Notes: generated by a model not told the origin, from the letters alone. Positions 27,369-37,192 are shown, numbered from the stretch's first letter. The stretch is DNA of 64,000 nucleotides from an uncultured Oscillospiraceae bacterium (GCA_964507095.1 CAZDOS010000002.1:5325-69324), one strand, 5' to 3'. Numbers and translations are program-made.

Positions 27369-29222
27369 ATGCGATACACGATAACGATGTGTCTTGACGG
27401 CAGGACCTCATCGCCTTCAGATGTTCTTGAACGGCTGAAAAGTCTTGATTACGACAGGGCAGAAGTCTCTCTTTTCATACTTTCGGGCTACCGCGACAAA
27501 TATGTCAACAATCTGATCCGGGGCACCCTTGAAGGGCTTGGCTTTCCTGACTATGACATGATGGTCTTCCCTGCCGACATGACTCGAGAGAACCGGTATA
27601 ACTACGCCCTCGAGCCTGACCATGCTGACAGCAAGTACATATTGTTTCTCAACGGAGGATACATCCTTAATAGCGACATACTCAAAGAACTGGACACACG
27701 CATATCAGATCTTGGCGACAAGTGTGCGTATGTGATGCATCGTCTGCCTTTCCCCACTGAAAAGCATATCGATCCCGTTGATCTTCATATGCGGATCCCC
27801 GACCTCGACTGTTTTGCAATATCCAAACAGACCTTGATCGAAGCAGGCGGGTTTGACCCTTCATTCTCGTATTCCCGGTCCGAGAGAGACCTGTCCATGA
27901 AGCTCGCGCTCACGGGCTGCAGTATCTTCTACTGCACAAGATGCAGAGTGACTTTCGAAAGCCGGACTCCAGAAGATCAGAGAGCGAGATATATTTCAGA
28001 CTCGATAGGTGCATTGAAGTTATCAGCAAAGTACTTCGGTGAATCAAAACTGGCCATGTCGGAGCGGGACTTCAAGGCGATACTTTCTTCCCCCAGACAC
28101 TTCGATGGCATCAGAAAGATGCTCATTGCGGAATATGCCCGTTTCAAGCTGTCAAAACACACCTTAAGGAAATACCGGAGATCCATAGATTCCGACAGGG
28201 CTCAATCTGTTTGGGACGAAATATCCATATTCGATGCGGACAGAGGCATTGCTCGCGTTTATGACATGCCTGAACAGCCACTTGTTACCGTGGTGATAAG
28301 GACTCACAAGAGAGCCGATTATCTGCGTCTGGCCTTACAGTCTGTAAAAAACCAGACCTATGACAATATCGAGATCATCGTAGTAGAAGACGGCGAAGAC
28401 ACCTCCGGCGAAATGATAAACAGGCATTTCCGGGACATGAATATACGCTACTATCCTACCGTCGATCACGTCGGGCGCGGCAGGGCTGCGAACATCGGTA
28501 TAGAAAAGGCCTCTGCGGAATATGTCTGCCTTTTGGATGACGATGACTGCTATTATCCTGAATTCATTGAAACGTTCATAAGCACCCTTCTCCATGATCC
28601 CGATAATAGTTTCGCTTTCTCGGGTGGCATTTCGGCTCTCATTGACAGCAAGGATGACCCTCTCGATCCGTATGTTGTCAGGTCACTTGAAAGGGTCCTG
28701 TTCGACCATGTGACTTTGATGGACATGTGCGTTTCCTGCAGAACGACCAGTTCTTCAGCCATGTTCAGGAAGGAACTGTATTATGAGTGCGGAGGGATGA
28801 GAGAGGACATAGACGGCGATGAAGACTGGGCAATGTGGCTAAGGTTCCTGACCAGACATCACAGAGGAGACGGATATCATCTTGATATCCCCAAGGCACT
28901 GAACTTCTTCACCAATACATCCGATATTGATGCGCAGAGAGCAAGAGAGGAAAGGTATTCGGTCTATGACAGCATCATGCTGAATGACCCTGACCTTGTA
29001 TTCACTGTGACCGGCAAGGATCTGAAGATGATGGCCGACACCGTTCTTGCCGACGCGCGGCATCTGATCTCCAACAGATCTGCAGAAAGCTATCTATCCA
29101 GGCTGAACAGGCTCGGTGCCGAAAACATAGACTATTCCGAGGACGATACTCTGAAACTCAGCGCCATTCAGCTTCACAAATACTATTATTATCTAATGGA
29201 TTCTGCTCTGAATAAGCTGTAG
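27369..29222 (+). CDS. Two-domain glycosyltransferase (C-terminal GT2 domain clear, N-terminal GT2-like)
   Basis: The second half has VTVVIRTHKR ... LDDDD (DxD). The first half is GT-A-like (FLNGGY). Confidence 0.8.
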   Translation: MRYTITMCLDGRTSSPSDVLERLKSLDYDRAEVSLFILSGYRDKYVNNLIRGTLEGLGFPDYDMMVFPADMTRENRYNYALEPDHADSKYILFLNGGYILNSDILKELDTRISDLGDKCAYVMHRLPFPTEKHIDPVDLHMRIPDLDCFAISKQTLIEAGGFDPSFSYSRSERDLSMKLALTGCSIFYCTRCRVTFESRTPEDQRARYISDSIGALKLSAKYFGESKLAMSERDFKAILSSPRHFDGIRKMLIAEYARFKLSKHTLRKYRRSIDSDRAQSVWDEISIFDADRGIARVYDMPEQPLVTVVIRTHKRADYLRLALQSVKNQTYDNIEIIVVEDGEDTSGEMINRHFRDMNIRYYPTVDHVGRGRAANIGIEKASAEYVCLLDDDDCYYPEFIETFISTLLHDPDNSFAFSGGISALIDSKDDPLDPYVVRSLERVLFDHVTLMDMCVSCRTTSSSAMFRKELYYECGGMREDIDGDEDWAMWLRFLTRHHRGDGYHLDIPKALNFFTNTSDIDAQRAREERYSVYDSIMLNDPDLVFTVTGKDLKMMADTVLADARHLISNRSAESYLSRLNRLGAENIDYSEDDTLKLSAIQLHKYYYYLMDSALNKL

Positions 29223-29284
29223 CATGCCGGTACAACTTTTCCTTGACACAGCATAGGGCTGGTGGTAATATATTAGGGCAATAA

Positions 29285-29361
29285 GCGCTGGTAGCTCAGT
29301 TGGATAGAGCGTCTGGCTACGGACCAGAAGGCCGGGGGTTCGAGCCCTCTCCAGCGCACCA
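29285..29361 (+). tRNA. tRNA-Arg (anticodon ACG), CCA encoded
   Basis: The cloverleaf folds by hand. Acceptor GCGCTGG/CCAGCGC, D-arm GCTC-AGTTGGATA-GAGC, anticodon arm TCTGG-CTACGGA-CCAGA. T-arm GGGGG-TTCGAGC-CCTCT, discriminator A, then CCA. Confidence 0.93.
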
Positions 29362-29383
29362 TTGTTGAAAACCCGTAAATGCA
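29333..29383 (+). repeat. Left copy of an imperfect direct repeat (tRNA T-arm/3' end + 22 nt), attL-like
   Basis: The 40-nt core 29344-29383 matches 34317-34356 at 36 of 40 positions by hand alignment. Weaker similarity extends 11 nt to the left. Confidence 0.7.
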
Positions 29384-29410
29384 AGGATTCCAAGCATTTA
29401 CGGGCTTTTT
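29372..29410 (+). terminator. Rho-independent terminator of the tRNA gene
   Basis: CCCGTAAATGC / GCATTTACGGG stem followed by CTTTTT. Confidence 0.85.
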
Positions 29411-29457
29411 GTTGTTCTTGTTTTATGTGGATTTTGTAGTCAAAAAGGGTTTAAAGT

Positions 29458-29497
29458 GGTATACATTATCGATAAAATGTATACCAAAATGTATACC
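29458..29497. repeat. Three copies of a 9-mer (GGTATACAT, then ATGTATACC twice)
   Basis: Exact copies at 29458-29466 (inverted), 29477-29485 and 29489-29497, about 75 bp inside the attL-like repeat. Confidence 0.8.
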
Positions 29498-29566
29498 AAG
29501 AATCATTTATTCTTCATTGGGAGAATTACATGCTTTATTGCTGCTGTCAACATATTCTCAAATCAA

Positions 29567-29902
29567 TCACAGCTTAGCAAATCTCCATCCATATCCAAAT
29601 GCCTTGTATCTTTTCTTGATTCGAGTGTCGTCTAGATAACTCAGGCACACACTACTTATGGAAGATTTACAATTTAGATTTTTTGTGTATCCGTTGTCAA
29701 CAAGCCAACGGGCAGCCTCAGCCCGACTTCTAAAGCTTCTAATGGTTTCTGATGTTTCCAAATCAAACATCTCTACTGGCTTAGAACTATTTTTAGCGGA
29801 TGCCTCTTCTCTTCTTTTAGCATTATTTGCAGCTTGTTCTGGATTATTCTCCGCCCATCTTTTTAAGGAGTCTTTTCTCTTTTGCCGTTGACCTGCCCTG
29901 CT
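29567..29902 (-). pseudogene. Start-less remnant of a phage/homing-endonuclease-type protein (NUMOD1-like C-terminus)
   Basis: The frame is open for 111 codons after an in-frame TAG with no start codon until ATG 29770. The motif FRSRAEAARWLVDNGY...GYGWRFA resembles NUMOD1 DNA-binding modules. Confidence 0.4.
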
Positions 29903-30047
29903 CTACTGTTTGCGAAAGGAGATCAAAAGCCAGGATGCATTACGCGGTAAAATGTATTCCGCCGAAAACGGACCGTTATTATCCGACAGCCATGGTTCTG
30001 TGATTAGACTTGTAACTGCAGCACGGTCTTTTCTGACCGCAGCATCA

Positions 30048-32156
30048 TCACCAGCTGCCGCCCACATAGCCGATAAACTCAAAATCCATCTTGTCAAGGT
30101 CTAATCGTGCTATCAAGTTCGGATCGTAATAATACGACTGATGTCTGTTAAAGAACAGAAACTCTATTTGACCGTCGCCCTCTATATCGATAATATACGG
30201 AGTGGTTTTTTCATAACGGACCATATTTATTGTGCAATCCCCGTACCACTGCATGTCATACACATAATACGGGCATATATCTCCCCGTTCGTCTTTAAAA
30301 TAGCATATGGATATCTGGGGCTCATATCCCTCATATCCCGGAAACTGATGCCCGCTGATGAATGATGACGGTAGCTTATTGTCCCGGCTTAAAGGCTGGT
30401 CAGATACATCTCCTTTCACAAAGCCCTTGCTGATCGTCTTATCTCCATAGAAGAAGACAAAACCGGTATAGTAGTAATGGTCATCCCCGGCAGGTATCCC
30501 TTCTCGAACTGCTTTGGGAGCCCGATCCAATTCCCAGTCATGGAAATTGGTATAATATACGAATGCGCACTCCACACCGTTCATGGTAAACTCCCAGGAT
30601 TCCCTGACGACTGCCGGAGTCGCGCTGTCTTCCGGCGGTTTCGAGTAGAAATAATCCAGCCACATCTGCTTTGGCTTCCTGTCGCTTAATTCATAATGTG
30701 TGTATAGCACTTTGACCGGTAATGGATCTCCAAATGTCGTAGAGATCAATACCTCGTCAGCCGGTATTGAAGCATACCCTGTTGACTCCGGATCGAAATA
30801 ATCTCTTGTATAGTATTTCTTCCCGTTCTCGATCAAATACTCTAAATTGACATGGTAGACAGTCCATCTGGTAAAGTCGTTTGCATTGCTCATATCAGGC
30901 CCTACGGTCTCCCGTATGGATTCCGTTCTGTCTTCTCCGTCTTTTGAAAGATACAGGAATTTATCTTGGAATGCTACATAATCCAGGGACGGAAGAAGAT
31001 CCTTGACCTTATCCGTAGGCTCAAAGAAACTCATTTGTACCTCAAGCGGATGCACACCGTTTTGGATCCTGTCAAAGCGGAGGAAGCGTCCCCCTTCGTT
31101 TTCCAGTATTTTGAAGAATATGGTCTTATCCGGGTATATGATGACCGTTACGCAGTCATCTGCTATTGAAATATGGCCAGTATCACAGACAAAATCGCTT
31201 TCTCTGCGGCCTACTTCGGGAGGGAGATAACCGTCAAACACATAGTCTTCACCGGATGTGGATAATAATGATTTGAAATGCTCCGGAATATGATCTTCAA
31301 TACCGAATACTTCAAATACTATCGTCTTTATGAGATCCGAAGAAGCCACATAAACATCCCGGTTGGTGCTTTCATTGCGGTATTTACGCACCTGTGAAGA
31401 ATAGTGGTCATCTTTTTCCGAGGAGAATCTGTTGAACCCCTTCATCGAAAGGTAACAGAACATAGCAATATTATCATCTGTGACCCGGTCAACGCTTATT
31501 TCCTCGTTATACTTCATGTCATATGTCGCCAGAGAATACATCAGAGTAGTCGCGTATGCTGCGGCTGTCTTTTTCAGGATGATATCCTCCGTATCACTGT
31601 CTTCCAGACTGGGTATCTCATGCTTTGGCCCGCTGCTGATATACACCTCTAACCGTCCGTCGTACTCTATGGTCTGTCCGTTTATGTCACCGTTCCGGCC
31701 GACCCGTCTTATCAGCAGGTCTTTTTCAACGGAATCGGACCACTCGTATTTTTTTCTTATCTCTCCCTCAAAGCCCATGGACTTAAGCCGGCCGATCATT
31801 TCATCCACATCGTCTCCGCTCGAACAGAAATCCCGGGGTATTCTGACCCCTCGTCCGCTGGATACGGTCACGTACAGCTTTATGTTCTTTTCCCTGTCAA
31901 AGGTATTGACCCTGGTCTTTTCAGGCAGGTCCTGCCGGCATATCTTCCCCTTTTCGACCTCTTCGCTGCAATCATGAGTCACATAGATAACGATATGATG
32001 ATCCGGAAACTCTCTCTTAAGGGTTTCCCTGGCCTGCTCATAGGTCATATTCGTTAGATCGCCGAGGGGCTTAAAGTAATATTTTAACTGCTTGTATCCG
32101 AAAGCTACGCCGGCGAAGACGACGATGAGTATTAACAGGGCTATGATCTTTTTCAC
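30048..32156 (-). CDS. Membrane-anchored extracytoplasmic protein with two PASTA-like modules plus ~520 aa unassigned
   Basis: N-terminal TM helix IIALLILIVVFAGVAFG and two PASTA-like units (...KLYVTVSSG and ...LEVYISSGPK). The likely start is GTG 32156, preceded by GAGGA. The track start at 32171 is also GTG but lacks an SD. Confidence 0.75.
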   Translation of the reverse strand: MKKIIALLILIVVFAGVAFGYKQLKYYFKPLGDLTNMTYEQARETLKREFPDHHIVIYVTHDCSEEVEKGKICRQDLPEKTRVNTFDREKNIKLYVTVSSGRGVRIPRDFCSSGDDVDEMIGRLKSMGFEGEIRKKYEWSDSVEKDLLIRRVGRNGDINGQTIEYDGRLEVYISSGPKHEIPSLEDSDTEDIILKKTAAAYATTLMYSLATYDMKYNEEISVDRVTDDNIAMFCYLSMKGFNRFSSEKDDHYSSQVRKYRNESTNRDVYVASSDLIKTIVFEVFGIEDHIPEHFKSLLSTSGEDYVFDGYLPPEVGRRESDFVCDTGHISIADDCVTVIIYPDKTIFFKILENEGGRFLRFDRIQNGVHPLEVQMSFFEPTDKVKDLLPSLDYVAFQDKFLYLSKDGEDRTESIRETVGPDMSNANDFTRWTVYHVNLEYLIENGKKYYTRDYFDPESTGYASIPADEVLISTTFGDPLPVKVLYTHYELSDRKPKQMWLDYFYSKPPEDSATPAVVRESWEFTMNGVECAFVYYTNFHDWELDRAPKAVREGIPAGDDHYYYTGFVFFYGDKTISKGFVKGDVSDQPLSRDNKLPSSFISGHQFPGYEGYEPQISICYFKDERGDICPYYVYDMQWYGDCTINMVRYEKTTPYIIDIEGDGQIEFLFFNRHQSYYYDPNLIARLDLDKMDFEFIGYVGGSW

Positions 32157-33464
32157 TATTTTTATCCTCACTGACCAAACGTATCTTTTGTCCGAAACAC
32201 CTTTTCACGGCAGGCCCGAACCTTCTTTTCCTTAATTGATTGTAGATTAAACACCGCTAAATGTAAACATATATCTGCCGACTGGCTCACGGCGATGCCC
32301 AAACAAATCATAGGTCATCACACATACTGTTCGTATATATACTACTGAAAGGGACTGCTCTAAATTCTTTGGGGCATGCCCGACTTACGCTCTGCATACA
32401 TGAAGCCGTGAACTGAACGCTTTCCTGCACACTGCCCGTCCGGACGCCACTCTCAAAAGCACTTAGCCTCCTCTATTGTTTCTTAAGGCATCTAATGATA
32501 TGCTCTGTCTGTTGAACGCTGAAAAAAACTTACGAGGGAAAACATATTATGAAACGCCGATCAAATATCAACTAATAGCGAAAGATGATATTAAAGCTAT
32601 TTAACTAGATAAAAGTCACTACCCATATAATTTCGAATCTGGTTATTCTTTCATTACAGAGCGCTACTGACGGACTGATCAACGGCAGGATAGTAACTGT
32701 CGAGACATTACCGGCGGATGAGAACAGGCTCGATTGGCAGCAGGAGTATTGGAACGGGTGCAAGTTTTAAGCCCTTTTCAATGCTGTGTAACAATTCAGT
32801 CGTTCCAAGGTAATAATATAAGAGACTACCTGTCAAAAGCAGCCCCTCTTATAATATGCACCGTTAGTTTTACATATCATATATTAGTGTATGATGAAAG
32901 AGAAAAAAGTAAAAAGTATATAATAGTTAATAAGTATCAGAAGTTTATAATATCTCTCCTACATCACCACATATTACTGATTCTTGTAGCATTAAAAACT
33001 TAATCAAAGAAGATGCGCCATTATCAACCTCTCTAATCTGATACTCGGTGTTGTCAAAAAGAATAAGAAGCAGAGCCAGTGAAGGGGCGGGAACAATCCC
33101 CGACCGTTATAGCAATGCTTCTTATTAATAAATGTATAGTATGTCGCCGTCAAAGTCAACAGCGTTTTTAGTGTTCTCTTCAGTCGAACGATACACCATT
33201 TTCTAAAGGTCGTTCAACGAAAGGCACTTTTTTCTTCGTAGAAATCGTCCTGTATGCTGCAGGCAGTACTCTCGTCCCTTATACGAAATAATATCCAACG
33301 GTGCGGCCGTTCATCAATATGCGGTATTCGTCCCTGAACCGCATATCATTAATTCCCAAGGTGAATTTTTAATACAGTTGTTAATGCTTTTTCAACTGTA
33401 GTCAGCCGGAGCGGATGAAGAAGAAAAGGCAGACGGTAATTCGCCGCTACTGTAAGAGATTGTT

Positions 33465-33983
33465 CTATAGTTCCTTTTCCCACCAGAGGTTACCGTCCTC
33501 CTTAATAAATCGGAAACCGCATTTCTGGAGCACTCTCTGAGATCGTATATTGTCTTTGAGAGTGTCTGCCAGGACAGTTCTTATTCCGAGCATTTTTCCG
33601 AACTCGAGAAACGCTGAAAGGGCTTCCGTCATGTATCCGTTCCCCTCAAATGCAGGATTCAGTCCGTATCCGACCTCTGTGACTCCGTCCCTAGGTACAT
33701 ATTTGTAGTCGATGGACCCTATCACGTGGTCGTTGTCCTTCAGGACGATCAGGAACTCAGTGAAGAAAAGGTAATTGTCCGGATCTTCCCGAATCTCGTT
33801 TTCCAGTTTCAGACGGTATGTCTCAATGAAGTAGTCAAGTTCCTCATATCCTCTGTACACTATTCCGTAGAGTTTTTCGAATGCCGGAAGGTCTGTGTTG
33901 AACAGAACGAGGTTTTCACGCGTAAAAGGGAAAAGGACCATTCTGTCTGTCTCTATCGCTGTCGATGTGTTCTGAAGATTCAT
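33465..33983 (-). CDS. GNAT-family N-acetyltransferase (RimJ/RimL-like)
   Basis: GNAT motif A region GYGLNPAFEGNGYMTEALSAFLEFG, plus RSQRVLQKCGF. Confidence 0.85.
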   Translation of the reverse strand: MNLQNTSTAIETDRMVLFPFTRENLVLFNTDLPAFEKLYGIVYRGYEELDYFIETYRLKLENEIREDPDNYLFFTEFLIVLKDNDHVIGSIDYKYVPRDGVTEVGYGLNPAFEGNGYMTEALSAFLEFGKMLGIRTVLADTLKDNIRSQRVLQKCGFRFIKEDGNLWWEKEL

Positions 33984-34305
33984 ATACTTGCTCCTGCTAC
34001 TTCATTACACAGTAATAAATCAGGCATATAGTTATACCCTCCTTTTAGCTAATTCCCGTATCTATTATATGCCATGCCAACCAATATGAAAACACATAAT
34101 ATACTTAATAGTCGTCCAGCAGAATAGTCGCATCACTTAATGCGGCTCAACACCTAAAAGCTTTACAAACTTCTTGTTGCTCTCGTCAGTTCGAATTCCG
34201 AAGTTGCTTGACAATCTTCTATGCATCTTGTGCGTCGTATTTTCTGTAAAACTCGTGTCCCTTATAAACGGCACATCCCCCTCTCTTTCGGTATGTAAGG
34301 GGTAA

Positions 34306-34356
34306 CGGAGGTTTGGGCCCTCTGCAGTGCACCATTGTTGGAGACCCGTAAATGCA
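34306..34356 (+). repeat. Right copy of the direct repeat: orphan tRNA-Arg 3' fragment, attR-like
   Basis: GGGCCCTCTGCAGTGCACCATTGTTGGAGACCCGTAAATGCA. It has no 5' half of a tRNA upstream. Confidence 0.7.
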
Positions 34357-34402
34357 GTTTGGGATTTGCAGGTGTATATATGGAATTCTCCCTGAATATA
34401 TT

Positions 34403-34434
34403 AAAATGCGAATCCGGATATAATCCGGATTCGC
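34403..34434 (-). terminator. Rho-independent terminator after ulaG
   Basis: GCGAATCCGGAT / ATCCGGATTCGC stem with a U-run on the minus strand. Confidence 0.8.
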
Positions 34435-34482
34435 ACACAGTTGTTGGATATGAATAAATGATACGAACATCCATCAAGAATC

Positions 34483-35589
34483 TTACAGAATCGAATCGAA
34501 AGGCACATTCCTCGGATTCTCAAAGTGGTCCTCAAAGCCGCGAGGGTGGTGATAGTACATGATGTCCTTGTCCTGAGGATATGTATACTGACCTCCGACC
34601 TGCCAGAAGAACGGATGGAACTGGTAGTTGTTCCTCGGCTTCTTGAAGTCGTAAAGCAGTCTGATCTCCTCAGTATCTGCCTGGAAGTTGGACCATACAT
34701 CGTGGTGTATCGGTATTACTACCTTGCAGCGGAGGCTCTCTGCCATTCTCAGGATGTCCACTGATGTCATCTTGTCCTGGATGCCGATCGGATTCTCGCC
34801 GAATGCGCCGAAAGCAACATCGATGTCATGCTCTTTGCCGTGCTTTGCAAAACCGATGGAGAAATGAGAGTCTCCTGAGTGGTAGATGTTTCCGCCCGGT
34901 GTCTTGATAAGGTAGTTAACCGCCTTCTCATCCATATCTGTCAGGAGGTTCTTGCCTGCTAGCTCTTCCCTGTCAGGACCAGTTGAATCTGTCGTAACAA
35001 GGCATGTGCGGTCAAATGCCTCAAGGCAAACGATCTCAAGATCCTTGAACTTGATGACATCTCCCGGCTTGACGACTATGCAGCGGTCTGCAGGGACGCC
35101 CCACTTCTCCCAGAGCTCGACGCTCTTGTACGGGCCGATGAACGGTACCGGGATCTCCTTGCCGTTTTCATCTGTTGTTGTCATTCCGGAATGAATGACA
35201 TGGGCCGCCCATTCCTCGCTCATGTGGTCGTGGTGGTAGTGAGTAGCCAGAACAGCGTCGACATGCTTGAATGCGAACGGGTCGATCACAAAAGGAACAT
35301 TTCGCAGGTTGGGCTGCATTTTTCTGGCTCCTGACATGTTTGCCATCTGATGTCCGACAGCCATCTTTCCGTTGCCGTGCGTACGTTTGCCGTTTCCGGT
35401 CCAAAGGTCGATGGTGATATTTGTGTTGGCTGGCGTCTTGAGCCAGATGCCGACGCATCCAAGCCACCACATTGAAACATTTCCTTCCGGTACCTGCTTT
35501 TCTTCGATCTCTTCGACCAGCCAGGTGCCCCATTCAGGGAAAGTTTTCTGAATCCAGGATTCTCTGGTAATCTCATCAATCAAGCTCAT
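34483..35589 (-). CDS. ulaG: L-ascorbate-6-phosphate lactonase-type metallo-beta-lactamase
   Basis: Near-colinear with E. coli UlaG as I remember it: TRESWI..TFPEWG, WWLGC.GIWLK, ATHxHxDH, and the C-terminal YHxPRGF. Confidence 0.9.
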   Translation of the reverse strand: MSLIDEITRESWIQKTFPEWGTWLVEEIEEKQVPEGNVSMWWLGCVGIWLKTPANTNITIDLWTGNGKRTHGNGKMAVGHQMANMSGARKMQPNLRNVPFVIDPFAFKHVDAVLATHYHHDHMSEEWAAHVIHSGMTTTDENGKEIPVPFIGPYKSVELWEKWGVPADRCIVVKPGDVIKFKDLEIVCLEAFDRTCLVTTDSTGPDREELAGKNLLTDMDEKAVNYLIKTPGGNIYHSGDSHFSIGFAKHGKEHDIDVAFGAFGENPIGIQDKMTSVDILRMAESLRCKVVIPIHHDVWSNFQADTEEIRLLYDFKKPRNNYQFHPFFWQVGGQYTYPQDKDIMYYHHPRGFEDHFENPRNVPFDSIL

Positions 35590-35683
35590 AATGAATTCCT
35601 TTCTGCTGTGTAATTAACAATTTTCTTAACTTATGTTACTATATTAACATAAAAAAGTACAGTAAACATTGAGGTCAACCGTT

Positions 35684-37144
35684 ATGTACATTCTGTCTTT
35701 GGATATCGGAACAACCAGCATGAGAGGGATCCTCTATGACCAAAACGGCAGGGAGATCGACCATGCCAGCCGCCTTACCCCGCTTCTGTTTATCGGCGAA
35801 TTCATAGAGCAGGATCCTCTTTCCCTTCGTGAAAAGCTCATAGAGATCGTTGCCGAGATCGCTGCAAGGAACACTATAGATGCGATATCCCTGACGGCGT
35901 ATCGTTCCTCTCCTGTCCTGGTGGACAGAGAAGGAAATCCTCTGACCAACTTCATAATGTGGCAGGACACCCGCAACAGGGACATCTGTGAACGCCTTGA
36001 GCCTATGAACGCCAAGGTATACCGGAAGACCGGCGCAAAGGTAAATGCCGTTTTCATGGCGTCCAAGCTGACATGGTTCAAGGAGAATATGCGTAAAGTC
36101 TATGACAAAGCATACAAGGTCCTGGTCGTGCCTTCCTATCTCATAAATGTTATGACCGGTTCCTTCAGTGCCGACCGTACATACGGAAGCCGCACCGGCA
36201 TCATGGATATCCATTCGCTGGAATACGATAGTGAGATGCTGAAGCTGTATGACCTCGATTTTAAAAAACTTCCTCAGCTCATTGATGTCGGAAGCATTGC
36301 CGGATATACCAGCGAAGCTTTCGCCTCGGCTGCAGGGATCCGCCCGGGACTGCCTGTCATAACCTCAGGCGGCGACCAGCAGAATTCCGCATTGGGAATG
36401 GGAGAACTTGATGATTCTTCATTAGTCATCAACTGCGGCACCGGCTCATTCATTATCTCACTGGTGGATCAGCCGTTCCTGGAAAATGAAACGATGATCT
36501 GCAATGTCTCTGCGGTACCGGGGAAATACATCCTTGAATCAAATGTTCTGGCTTCCGCTGCAGCCCTGAACTGGATGATCAGGGAACTGTTCCCGGAACT
36601 GTGGAATGGCGGAGAGCCTGATTTTGACTCTTTCAACAGGATAGTTCTGCAGTCAGCTCCCGGCGCAAACGGTGTCAGGATAGTCCCCCTTTTCCAGGGA
36701 TGCGGATCACGTGACTGGAATCTTAACGCAAGAGCTGAATTCACCCATATATCACTTGGCAATACCAGAGTCGACCTGGCGAGAGCAATGCTTGAGGGCA
36801 TCGCAGCAGAAATTGCAAAGAGCGTCAGATCCCTTCCCAGAAAATGCCAAGAAGCGTCAAGAATATATATCGGCGGGGGTCTTACAAAGAGCGAACTGTT
36901 CGACCAGATCCTTTGCGACATGCTTGGAAAGAAGTTGGTGCGGTATGACGATTCGCAGGCAACCGCCATTGGATCCTGGATATCCGCCGCGGTAACGTTA
37001 GGGATGTATCCCGATTATAAGACTGCGTTTGAAATGGCCCGAGAGGGATCACGGATGCGCGTTTACGAGCCGGACGCCGGACTTCACAGTTTTTACCGGA
37101 AGGTCATTGACGACACCGAGGCCGTATACGAAGCACTCAAGTGA
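35684..37144 (+). CDS. FGGY-family carbohydrate kinase (xylulokinase / L-xylulose-kinase-like)
   Basis: N-terminal LSLDIGTTSMRG, a GGDQQNSALG motif, and C-terminal GGGLTKSELF. Confidence 0.88.
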   Translation: MYILSLDIGTTSMRGILYDQNGREIDHASRLTPLLFIGEFIEQDPLSLREKLIEIVAEIAARNTIDAISLTAYRSSPVLVDREGNPLTNFIMWQDTRNRDICERLEPMNAKVYRKTGAKVNAVFMASKLTWFKENMRKVYDKAYKVLVVPSYLINVMTGSFSADRTYGSRTGIMDIHSLEYDSEMLKLYDLDFKKLPQLIDVGSIAGYTSEAFASAAGIRPGLPVITSGGDQQNSALGMGELDDSSLVINCGTGSFIISLVDQPFLENETMICNVSAVPGKYILESNVLASAAALNWMIRELFPELWNGGEPDFDSFNRIVLQSAPGANGVRIVPLFQGCGSRDWNLNARAEFTHISLGNTRVDLARAMLEGIAAEIAKSVRSLPRKCQEASRIYIGGGLTKSELFDQILCDMLGKKLVRYDDSQATAIGSWISAAVTLGMYPDYKTAFEMAREGSRMRVYEPDAGLHSFYRKVIDDTEAVYEALK

Positions 37145-37165
37145 CAATACATATCATGCAAAAGC

Positions 37166-37192
37166 AATACCGGCCGATAAGGCCGGTATTTT
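37166..37192. terminator. Terminator hairpin between convergent genes
   Basis: AATACCGGCC-GATAA-GGCCGGTATT followed by TT. Confidence 0.8.

Larger units (their letters stand above)
29362..34356. mobile_element. Decayed tRNA-Arg-associated integrative island (~5 kb), no integrase left
   Basis: It is bounded by the direct repeats above. The interior has visibly lower GC, a start-less phage-type ORF fragment, a 1.3-kb gene-free stretch and accessory genes. Confidence 0.5.

Noticed and set aside
25385-29222. Mrp/NBP35 plus two GT2 glycosyltransferases considered as a possible novel glycosylation system for the adjacent surface protein.
   Set aside because: The idea rests on adjacency alone. The genes are separated by terminators or divergent promoters, and these are common housekeeping-type families.
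29193-29393. ORFs 29193-29393 (-) and 34262-34477 (-) share the peptide LHLRV(F/S)NNGAL(E/Q)RA(R/Q)T, which looks like a conserved small protein.
   Set aside because: The shared peptide is simply the translation of the tRNA-Arg 3' end / att-like direct repeat, so it is not a gene.
32734-33003. 89-aa ORF in the AT-rich part of the island.
   Set aside because: It has low-complexity, Ile/Lys/Tyr-rich composition driven by AT content. It has no RBS and no family resemblance.
29362-34356. Search for an integrase, transposase, recombinase or toxin-antitoxin pair in the island and elsewhere in the window.
   Set aside because: No ORF shows tyrosine- or serine-recombinase or DDE motifs, so the island is called a remnant rather than an active element.
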